Positions 29,999 through 38,566 of a stretch of 64,000 bases of DNA are shown piece by piece. A model generated the notes under the pieces. It did no database searches and was not told the DNA's origin. It saw only the letters and a list, made by a program, of their open reading frames with translations. The DNA comes from Meyerozyma guilliermondii. Taxonomy: Eukaryota. The stretch is taken from assembly GCA_051546255.1 (NCBI GenBank), contig CP128817.1, positions 992,001 to 1,056,000 of the forward strand. Reading direction: 5' to 3'. How positions within the stretch are numbered: position 1 is the stretch's first letter; each line of letters starts with the position of its first letter. A program made the translations under genes and the position numbers.

Positions 29999-32389
29999 CT
30001 ATACCGGTGGAAGACTGGTACGACATACGGGACATTGAAGCTTATACTTCATCCAGTCCTCTAAACATTCTGTATGGAAGATGTGATGGCATGGGGTTAT
30101 CATATAATGGGTATTTCCAACTTTTTTGTCTTTCTTTTGCTCGCTGGCTGCAACTGGAATTGTCACTTCTGTCATACAGATAGCGCAGTCAACAGGACAT
30201 AACATGTATCCACTAGCTTGGGTTTCCTCGGAAGTCACATCACCAGCACGAGATTTAATGCCTGCCAAAATATCGGATGCAAATCCATTTTCCAAGTCTG
30301 TAATACTGAGATGTGGATGGTAATCGTAAGCCTTAGGTAGCCACAGTTCATTGATCCAAAATCTGGCACCCAATTGCGTCTGTACGTAAAGAAGAAACAA
30401 TTGTAGAGACACCCACAAAGTAACAACTCCAAAAAGCACCGGGTCGTATCCATGGCGTAAGGTATTGTCCGGTGTCAAGCAGATATAAAATAACGGCATC
30501 AACCGAAGAAGAGAAGTCCCCAAAATAAATCTCCACAGAAATGCTTTTCTCCTGTTCTTTATAGTATTGCGGATAAACTGAGGAAACCAGTAAGAATTTA
30601 TCAACAAAAACGCAAAGTATTCGAAAATCTTTCTGTAACTTTTCCTCCATGTAGTAGCACCAGCAACCAAAAACATCGACACTATGCTGGCGGAAAGTCC
30701 TGTAGCAATAATACCATTTGTGAACCTAGCATCATCGCTAACACCTGGACCTGTAGCAGGAATAGCCGGTTCTTGGTTGGCAGTTACAGGCGCTGGAAGT
30801 GTATCTTCTTGAGGTTGCGCTTCTTCTGTATTGGTTGTTTCTGTGTTTCTTGAACCTCCACGCATGAGTTCCCACCAACTTATTCCACGCTCGTTAGCCT
30901 GAGTACACATTACCTTCACTAGGAAACGAACCATTATCAAGTCACCTACAACGAGGTTGACTGTAATGCATGCTAAAATGAGGTAAAGTTCCTCGGTGAT
31001 GTTGGCATATAACAAGACAATTAAAGACATTAATGCGTCCTGATACGCTAGGAGCAGTAGAGTAGTACTGCTAACATTCGAAAGTTGTCCTGGTGTGCGA
31101 AGCAGTCTGATTTCAGCAACATATAGATACAATTGAATGAGCACAATTAACAAAAATTTGGTGAACATCGACCTTCGTTCTTTGTTGGTAATGATCGAGA
31201 GATCACCCTCAGCGGGTTTGTTGGAGTTTAGAACGAACCCACAATCAGGCGAGTACATTAATGCATTCTTGATCACAACCTTGGGGAAGTCTCCTGGTAT
31301 GGGCCGGCCAATGGGGTTTTGCAATTCTTCATCGATGTCGAGGATTTCTTGTTTCAGGAAATTTGTCTTATCAAGCTGGAAGAACGAAATCAACTCGCAT
31401 TGCTCTTGTGAACGAGCGATATACATATTCAACTTTTCAAGTTTATTTCTGCTGTCAGTAGCGGAAGAATTGAGAAGCTGCGAAACCAAAAGCTTGGCGG
31501 TGTTGAAATTCTGCTCAGAAAACGTCATATGAGGAAGTCCATGGATTCCCAAGAATTTTGCAGATACAGTGGTGGTGATCAACGAACCAGTCGTCTGATA
31601 ATATATGCCCAAAGTTTCAAATTCAGATTGTTGGATCTCTGGGTGATCTTTGATTTCGAGCAGTACTCGCACCAAAACTGCGTCATGGACTTCATCTTCG
31701 GGACGTTCAATGAGTTTACTGAGGTCCTGGTTTTCAAAATTGTAGCCGAGACTTCGAATCGACAACAGGATAGTTCCCTCTTGTGTGATCTCTTCGCCCA
31801 CCTTTTTCTTGTCGTCGTCTTTTTTTGGTTCTGGGTTGTTTTCTGGATCGTTTTCATACCGCTCCCGTTGTTCGTCATACTTGGACTGCGAGTACCTTTC
31901 ATAATATTCCACAAACGGCTTTTCAAGCTCAAAAAAATACAGCTTTGGTCTTGTTTTTGTGAGCATAGAGTAGTCGCCATAACATGAGCCTGTCACATTC
32001 AACAAGTATGCTGGAGCTGCTGGATCAGAAGTGTCTACAGGGTCTTTTCCCCACCATGACTTCAAATCATCACTAATGCTATTCGGAAGCAATGAATATT
32101 TCTCCTGTTCTACCCACGGATGTTTTTCTGAATACTGATGTAGCGGCCATTCCAGAGCATTATGACCCTTGAGGTTGTCCTCGTATGAAAGTCTGAACCC
32201 CGTAAGATTTCCATAGCCAGAAATATAGGATGAATTTGCTAGGACTTGTCGTGAATAAGTCATGAAGTGTTGGAAATACAGAATCACCTCTTTGTCTTTA
32301 TCGGAATGGGGCTGTTCATAGCCGGACGGAAACGAAAAGAAGATGATCATAATGATTATGATCATAATAGATTGCCGGTCCATGGCCAT
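29999..32389 (-). CDS. TUL1: Golgi transmembrane RING-H2 E3 ligase (Tul1/Dsc1)
   Basis: YGNLTGFRLSY, YSPDCG, multiple TMs, NSYWFPQ, C-terminal DCAICM...YMITPCHHIFHTECLE.WM.YKLQCPVCR. Confidence 0.92.
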   Translation of the reverse strand: MAMDRQSIMIIIIMIIFFSFPSGYEQPHSDKDKEVILYFQHFMTYSRQVLANSSYISGYGNLTGFRLSYEDNLKGHNALEWPLHQYSEKHPWVEQEKYSLLPNSISDDLKSWWGKDPVDTSDPAAPAYLLNVTGSCYGDYSMLTKTRPKLYFFELEKPFVEYYERYSQSKYDEQRERYENDPENNPEPKKDDDKKKVGEEITQEGTILLSIRSLGYNFENQDLSKLIERPEDEVHDAVLVRVLLEIKDHPEIQQSEFETLGIYYQTTGSLITTTVSAKFLGIHGLPHMTFSEQNFNTAKLLVSQLLNSSATDSRNKLEKLNMYIARSQEQCELISFFQLDKTNFLKQEILDIDEELQNPIGRPIPGDFPKVVIKNALMYSPDCGFVLNSNKPAEGDLSIITNKERRSMFTKFLLIVLIQLYLYVAEIRLLRTPGQLSNVSSTTLLLLAYQDALMSLIVLLYANITEELYLILACITVNLVVGDLIMVRFLVKVMCTQANERGISWWELMRGGSRNTETTNTEEAQPQEDTLPAPVTANQEPAIPATGPGVSDDARFTNGIIATGLSASIVSMFLVAGATTWRKSYRKIFEYFAFLLINSYWFPQFIRNTIKNRRKAFLWRFILGTSLLRLMPLFYICLTPDNTLRHGYDPVLFGVVTLWVSLQLFLLYVQTQLGARFWINELWLPKAYDYHPHLSITDLENGFASDILAGIKSRAGDVTSEETQASGYMLCPVDCAICMTEVTIPVAASEQKKDKKVGNTHYMITPCHHIFHTECLEDWMKYKLQCPVCRTSLPPV

Positions 32390-32804
32390 GGTACAGTGTG
32401 GAGGCGATTTCGCAATGATAAAGTGGTGGTGCAGTGGGTGCAAAAAGAGGAAAGATGAAGAAGGAAAATCAAAAAAATGAAGAAGTGAAGAAAAGTAGAA
32501 ATTTGATGTGAGTGGAATTGGTGAAGAATGGGATGAAGAAAATAATTTGAATTGAAGAAAATTAAATCACCTCAGATGGTTCTGTCACTTTCCTGCTATC
32601 ATCTAATTATTGTCGCAAATATTTAATTTCGCGAATTTTTGGACTTTTACAATCTCACTCATTTTCTCAATCTCTCCTCCTCATTTGCAGCCATTCTACA
32701 CTCCCTCTTTTCTTTCGGTATTATATTAACCATACGACATAAATAGTCTAGACATTATTTTTCCACCATTTTTGGTTCGGGTATGATGTTACAGATGAAA
32801 CCTA

Positions 32805-35264
32805 TTAAATTAAGGTGAAGGCCACGATCGAAACCACAAGTGCTACCAACGCGGTAGAGAATGATGTCTGGCGAGACCCATTGGAGGGGTGCTGCTCTAC
32901 CACCGGTGCGCTTGTTACGGAAGTATTGGCCCATGCCGACGACAGGATCTCAACGTCTCTTCCAAACAAGTCTGCGAGGAACCCGCCCGTTTGCTTGCTG
33001 GTGGAGTTTGCGTATCCTGAGGTGGTGGTGGCACTTTTGGTGGTTGTTGCTGATTCTTCGTCATCACATTCGTCGTCTGGACTGTGTGTGGAAGTGGATA
33101 CTGATGTGGAGTACCATGTCAGTTCACCAGCAGCAGTTGTGCGGACGGTGGAGACATATGTTTTAGCGCCGCCAGAGCCGCCTGAACCGGAGCCAGATCC
33201 TGAGCCGCCAGAACCGGAACCTGAGCCTGATCCCGATTTAGAACCAGAACCGGAACCGGAACCAGAACCCGAACCAGAACCAGATCCCGAAGTCGATCCC
33301 GAAGTCGATCCCGAGGTTCCAGCATCACACTCGTCACAGTCTGCGTCGCACTCGTCGTCGGTGTCATTTCCAAACCAGTCAAAGTCCTCGTCGTCGGAAT
33401 CGTCACAAACAACACAGTCTTCGTCACACTGATCGTCACTTGGAATCAAGTATCCCGGCTTGGAGGTTGAGCCGGAGCCAGAGCCGGAGCCAGAACTTGA
33501 GCCGGAACCCGAGCCATAGTTTGAACCACTTCCAGAACTTCCACTTCCAGATCCATAAGAAGTTCCAGAGCCAGAGCCAGAGCCATAACTGGGGCTTGAC
33601 TCGTCGTCCTCGCAGTCTTCATCGACGCCAGAGCCAGAGCTGGAGCCACCGCCATAACTACCACTGCCTGAACTTCCACTGCCTGAACTTCCACTGCCTG
33701 AACTTCCACTTCCAGAACCGGTTCCCTTGCACTCATCACACTCAACCACCTTGGTGACAGTAGCACCATTGATCACGGTGGTATAAGTGGTGTAGTAGGT
33801 TTGGGTTTGGGTATAGTATTCCTCACAGTCTTCGTCATCTTCAGATCCTTGGGTGGGTTGCACAACCTTGGTGGTGGTGTAGGTGACGGCAGATCCACCA
33901 TTGGTGGTCTTGACGGTGGTAATTACTGTTGTAGTTGCAGTTCCTCTAGTGGTGATTCCGGTAGGATCACCGTTGGAGGTGATTTCAGTGGGGAGAGTAG
34001 CATAGGTTGGGTCGCCCTTGATTGTGGTTTCACTAGGATCACAGTCTTCGTCGTCACCGTCGTCAGAAGCTGTTGAGCGTGAGACAGTAGCAGAAGTTGA
34101 ACCTGTTGAGTTTCTTGACGCGGATCCCAAAGTTGGCAAGATTCCTCCAGAGCCCAGCAAAGTTGGTAAAATTCCACCAGAACCCAGCAAAGTTGGCAAC
34201 ACTCCTCCAGAGCCCAGCAAAGAAGGTAAAGGAGGCAAGGTTGGGAGACTGGATTCTGTTTCGCAGTCTTCATCGTCTTCTTCAGAAGAAGCTGAAACCG
34301 AAGAACGAGCAGAAGCAGCTAAAGAACGAGCAGAAGAAACTCCGCTAGATCTTGAAGCACCACTAGTAGGCTGGCCGCTCACAGCTGCGAGTGAGGTCAA
34401 AGACCCGGAAGGTGAGCCCGTGAGTGGAGGTAACGACATACTGCTGAACGCAGGAGGCACAGAAACAGGATCATCGGTGGGACTTGCCGAGTCTGTTTCG
34501 TCGTCGCATTCCTCGTCATCAGCCGAAGAAGCGGAAGAAGAACCTGAAACAGAACCCGAAGATGCCTTTGACGAGCTGGAGCCTCCAAACAAGTCACCGA
34601 GGAAACCCAATGGGGCAGCGGTGACGGAAGCCGAGGCAGAGGAGGCCGAAGCAGACTTTGAAGCCGAAGCCGAAGCAGAGCTGGAACCACTGGAACCACT
34701 GGAACCACTAGGAGCCACGGCGAACAATTGGTTCAAAAGTCCTCCAGTTTGGGAGGAAGAAGACACTTTGGAAGAGCTTGAAGCTGGGCTCGAAGAACTC
34801 GAAGAAGCAGAACTGTCGACATTCAAAAAGTCGAACAAGGATCCAGAATCAGTGGTGGCTGGTGCGCTCGACGAGCTTTGTGTTGTGCCTTGGGCTGCCA
34901 ACACTCTGAAGGCAGGTGCTTTTGTGGAAGATGAACTTGAACTTGAACTTGAACTGGAGCTGGAACTGGAGCTGGAACTGGAGCTGGAACTTGAACTGGA
35001 TGTTGAATTGGAATTGGAACTGTCAAGTCCAAAAAGGTCAAGAACGCCTGCAGCCAGCGACGTTGCAGCAGCTACAGGAGCAGCAGCAGCAGCAGCAGTT
35101 GTGGATGAAGTTGCAGCCAGAGCAGCGGCAGGAGCGGCAGCAGGAGCAGCAGCATCGGAACCACCAAATAAGTCACTTAAAAACCCTCTTTTCTTGGGAG
35201 CATCTTGTGCATTTACGGCGGCGGATGCCAATAATACAGTGTGGAAGATAGTTGTTATTTTCAT
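32805..35264 (-). CDS. Putative GPI-anchored Ser/Gly-rich cell-surface protein with acidic Cys repeats
   Basis: Signal peptide MKITTIFHTVLLASAAVNA; KKR site; poly-Ser and GS repeats; DDE[ED]C motifs; C-terminal GPI-type tail SNGS..TSFSTALVALVVSIVAFTLI. Confidence 0.88.
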   Translation of the reverse strand: MKITTIFHTVLLASAAVNAQDAPKKRGFLSDLFGGSDAAAPAAAPAAALAATSSTTAAAAAAPVAAATSLAAGVLDLFGLDSSNSNSTSSSSSSSSSSSSSSSSSSSSSSSSSTKAPAFRVLAAQGTTQSSSSAPATTDSGSLFDFLNVDSSASSSSSSPASSSSKVSSSSQTGGLLNQLFAVAPSGSSGSSGSSSASASASKSASASSASASVTAAPLGFLGDLFGGSSSSKASSGSVSGSSSASSADDEECDDETDSASPTDDPVSVPPAFSSMSLPPLTGSPSGSLTSLAAVSGQPTSGASRSSGVSSARSLAASARSSVSASSEEDDEDCETESSLPTLPPLPSLLGSGGVLPTLLGSGGILPTLLGSGGILPTLGSASRNSTGSTSATVSRSTASDDGDDEDCDPSETTIKGDPTYATLPTEITSNGDPTGITTRGTATTTVITTVKTTNGGSAVTYTTTKVVQPTQGSEDDEDCEEYYTQTQTYYTTYTTVINGATVTKVVECDECKGTGSGSGSSGSGSSGSGSSGSGSYGGGSSSGSGVDEDCEDDESSPSYGSGSGSGTSYGSGSGSSGSGSNYGSGSGSSSGSGSGSGSTSKPGYLIPSDDQCDEDCVVCDDSDDEDFDWFGNDTDDECDADCDECDAGTSGSTSGSTSGSGSGSGSGSGSGSGSKSGSGSGSGSGGSGSGSGSGGSGGAKTYVSTVRTTAAGELTWYSTSVSTSTHSPDDECDDEESATTTKSATTTSGYANSTSKQTGGFLADLFGRDVEILSSAWANTSVTSAPVVEQHPSNGSRQTSFSTALVALVVSIVAFTLI
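34135..34222 (-). repeat. 30-nt coding tandem repeat x3 (LP[TS]LSGSGG[IV] with CTG=Ser)
   Basis: CCAGA(G/A)CCCAGCAAAG recurs at 30-bp spacing on the plus strand. Confidence 0.85.
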
Positions 35265-35396
35265 ACTATTCCACTACTGTTCCATTACTTTATCTTCAAT
35301 GTATTTAACGAAAGGAAGAATTCCACCTAATAGGTGTATGTGGGATCGAAGCCATATATAGCTACTAACAAAAAAGAGGTTGGGGTATGCTTGTAA

Positions 35397-35559
35397 CCGA
35401 TTTAGGCAATTTGGTAGTACCCAAGGAGGGTCAGATGCATTGAATACCCAAGGTGGTTGCGAAAACTTGATCCCAATTGGGAAATATGCAAATTATCGGC
35501 TAATAACATTTCCGAATGAGGAAGTCAAATTCAGACATCTTCAAGGTTACCAAGTTAGG
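35397..35559. promoter_or_regulatory. Cluster of four Mcm1-like CC(N6)GG sites
   Basis: CCGATTTAGG 35397, CCCAATTGGG 35472, CCGAATGAGG 35512, CCAAGTTAGG 35550, with AT-rich flanks. Confidence 0.55.
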
Positions 35560-35863
35560 AAGTTTTTATATGCCGTCCGGGCCCTCCTCCAACTGCCGGA
35601 TCCGGTAAACTAGTTTGGTTTCTAGAACCAAATATAGATCGTTGTTTACTATGGTCCCCTCATTTTAGTCCGAGACTAAAATGGATTTCTAAATATTTTT
35701 GAATAATGTAGACTGGATAATTTGAGAAAAAAGTTTGGACTTAATCTGGCTGCGAAAACGAGAGTATAAAGTAAAAGATTAAAGTAATAGAACAAAATAA
35801 TAGAATTAAATAACAGATTCTCTTACTAGTTCTTATATTAGGTATACAGGCACAATCAATATG

Positions 35864-37783
35864 CTATTTCTTCATTTGCTCCACCAAATTTTTAAAGTCC
35901 TCGTGGTCGTAAATTCCTCTCTTCTTCAATGATTCTCTGACACTTCTTCTGATTTTTCTTCTCAATTCTCTCTTTTCTTCTCTTCTTTGGTTAGAAATTT
36001 TCTTGCAACAACATTTCTTGGAACCACTAGAAGAGGAGGAACTGGAACTAGAACTAGAGCTAGTACCAGATCCAGACGAACTGGAACCTCCAAAGATAGC
36101 ATCGATGATACCGTTCAAAATGGAACCCAAAGAGCTTCCACCAGTGCTAGGAGTATTGCTGGAAGAAGAGCTTCCACCAAAGAGATCGTCAATGAGACCC
36201 AGGATAAAGTTACTCAAGCTGAAAGATGATCCACCAGAGCTTGAATTAGAGCCGCCAAACAAAGATTTGAGAAGACCAAATCCAAAGTTCAAGAGCTTGG
36301 AGAAGAAACCATTTCCTGAACCATCACCACTAAAAAGATCTTTGAGCAAACCAAGACCGAAGTCAAGAAGTCCACCAATAAGGTCTCCTCCACTTCCCTT
36401 AGAGGATGATGAAGAAGTGGAGTTATGAGGACCCAAGAAAGAATCAAGAAGATCACCCACAAGGTTTCCCAAGCTGTCACCCGACTTCAGAGACGAAGTG
36501 GACGAGGAAGAAGAGTTGGAGCCAGAACCATAAGACTTGAACAAGTCGTCGAAAAGTCCTTCAAGACCCAGTCCGGTGCTGGTAGAAGTAGCTTTGGCAC
36601 TTGTGGTGGTGGTTCCAGACTTGCTAGCACCATTGGAGTCAAATAAAGAGTCGAATAAGCCAGCCAATCCCTTGCCAGTAGCTGTTGAGGTGGTACTGGT
36701 TTTAGTAGCAGAAGCTTTAGTTGAAGCACCACCATAAAGTCCAGCAAAAAGTCCAGCTAAACCTTCTCCGGTTTTAGTAGCAGAAGCAGTGGTAGAAGGA
36801 CCAGAAGCAACATAGGTGGGAGTAGCTTTAACTGTGGTGGTGGAACCTTTTCCGCCGAAAAGATCTCCAAGAAGACCACCAAGAACACCGGTAGAAGATG
36901 GAGCAGCAGAAACAGTAGCAGAAGCAGCCACTGTAATGGAAACAGAAGCTGAAGCTGAAGGAGCAACAGAGTCATACAATGCTCTCTTTTGGTTCTGGGT
37001 AAACTTGGCCAATTCGGCTTGCAAAGTTTTCGAATCTTTCAATTTGTTCAACAATGAAGTTGCAATGCCGGAATTTTTGACCGTTTGAAATAATTTGGAG
37101 TAGTCAATATTCTTAGCGGACAGAAGAAATGTACCGGCATACGTGCGCAAAGTGGAGTTGTTCAACAAGGATGAAGCAATCGACTTGATCAGACCAGAAT
37201 TTGCAGCCAATGAAGAGATGATTTTTGTAAGGTATTCGTTTTGTCTCTTGGTAATGGGCTCCACCTCTTCTCTCTTGAGATTGGAAAGCTCACTAGTGAC
37301 TTTACCCAAGATCTCGGTCACAAAGTCTTGGTGGGAATCAAGATATTTAGCAGCATATGTCTTGGCTTCGTCAACAAGTTCCTTGTGGTTTTGAACATAT
37401 TGCAATACAGACTTGGAAGCCGAAGAAGTAGCGAGGGTCTCAACAAGAGAAGTCACGTCGCTAAGGTCTCTAGCAAACACCTCGTTGATGCTGGAAGTAA
37501 TGGTGTCTTGCACATCTTCCTTTTTGGAAAGTTGGTCGATGAAAGCATGTAATAAATTATTTTCATTCAACATTTCAAGAAAAGAGTTGACATATTCGTT
37601 GGACTCTCTCTTTTCATTGTGCTCCATGTCACTGTCCATAGCATTGAATCTTTTAATAACAGCATCAGCACTGAATTCTGGATCATACCTCGCTACAAGT
37701 TCATCACTGCGAATGGTAGGAGCGGCCAGTACCAATGCTCCCGTAAGAACAGAGGCTACTGATAGGATGGATGCAAATCTCAT
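35864..37783 (-). CDS. Secreted Kex2-processed polyprotein, Op4-like helical N-terminal half, amphipathic Gly/Leu/Phe repeats in C-terminal half
   Basis: Signal peptide MRFASILSVASVLTGALVLA; five KR sites in the N-terminal half; NSGL/NSGI helical motifs; repeated GLLGDLFGG-type segments; KKCCCKK and basic tail; no GPI tail. Confidence 0.8.
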   Translation of the reverse strand: MRFASILSVASVLTGALVLAAPTIRSDELVARYDPEFSADAVIKRFNAMDSDMEHNEKRESNEYVNSFLEMLNENNLLHAFIDQLSKKEDVQDTITSSINEVFARDLSDVTSLVETLATSSASKSVLQYVQNHKELVDEAKTYAAKYLDSHQDFVTEILGKVTSELSNLKREEVEPITKRQNEYLTKIISSLAANSGLIKSIASSLLNNSTLRTYAGTFLLSAKNIDYSKLFQTVKNSGIATSLLNKLKDSKTLQAELAKFTQNQKRALYDSVAPSASASVSITVAASATVSAAPSSTGVLGGLLGDLFGGKGSTTTVKATPTYVASGPSTTASATKTGEGLAGLFAGLYGGASTKASATKTSTTSTATGKGLAGLFDSLFDSNGASKSGTTTTSAKATSTSTGLGLEGLFDDLFKSYGSGSNSSSSSTSSLKSGDSLGNLVGDLLDSFLGPHNSTSSSSSKGSGGDLIGGLLDFGLGLLKDLFSGDGSGNGFFSKLLNFGFGLLKSLFGGSNSSSGGSSFSLSNFILGLIDDLFGGSSSSSNTPSTGGSSLGSILNGIIDAIFGGSSSSGSGTSSSSSSSSSSSSGSKKCCCKKISNQRREEKRELRRKIRRSVRESLKKRGIYDHEDFKNLVEQMKK

Positions 37784-38183
37784 ATTAACGACAGTTACGG
37801 AGAATAATTGCCTGGACGAAATTGGGGTCTTATAAAATCTGGCCATTTCAGCCCTACCCCAACTTGTTACCGCATTCTGCAACCTTTATGTCAAATAATT
37901 GCCCGAATAGGGAATTCGCACAAATGATGTGCATTGGCAAATTGCCCAATGCGGTATGGAGAAGTCGACTACTCTATTATGTGTTATGAGTTCCTTGCAT
38001 ACACTAATAGGCAAAATTGTTGTCAAAATGGTTAAATTTGTCATTGCTAGTTTGGGCAATAAATAGTATCGGAATTATCTTGCATTATTTGGCTCTATTT
38101 GTTGCATACAGGCTCTATATTTTCTCCTGCATGGAGCTGTCAATCCATCTGCAGGCGAAAATCAAATCAACTGGTAGTTGAAT

Positions 38184-38549
38184 ATGAAACCATCTCTCGT
38201 CAGATTGGTCAGGCCTCGTAGGCCGGAAAGGGTAACCGATCCCCTTTTGCCGCCCCTCCAGTTGTACAAGAATATTCTCAGAGCACATGCAACAAAGCTC
38301 CCTGTTGAACTTCGGTCGTTGGGAGACCAGTATGTGAAGGCAGAATTCAAGGCCCACAAAAATATCGACAATCCGTTGCATATTGTGGGTTTTTTGACCC
38401 AATGGCAAGATTATCTCAAGAGCATTGATGGCGGCTCGTGGCTAAATGGCAAGTTGAGCAAGCAGGAACTCGACAAAATGTCGCCGGAGCAAGTGGGCCA
38501 GCTCTACGAGTTGATGCAAGAAACTCAAAGAATAGGAAGAGAGAACTAA
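38184..38549 (+). CDS. SDH7: Succinate dehydrogenase assembly factor 3 (Acn9)
   Basis: [45 protein letters not shown]. Confidence 0.93.
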   Translation: MKPSLVRLVRPRRPERVTDPLLPPLQLYKNILRAHATKLPVELRSLGDQYVKAEFKAHKNIDNPLHIVGFLTQWQDYLKSIDGGSWLNGKLSKQELDKMSPEQVGQLYELMQETQRIGREN

Positions 38550-38566
38550 GAATGTATATAGTGTAG

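Noticed and set aside
34018..35361. 447-aa plus-strand ORF and other ORFs overlapping the two surface genes
   Set aside because: Antisense shadows of low-complexity Ser/Gly codons (ELELEL, EPEPEP); the minus-strand genes have signal peptides and coherent architecture.
35363..35369. TACTAAC on the plus strand (also near 61045) as intron branch points
   Set aside because: Opposite strand to the local genes, with no matching plus-strand exon structure.
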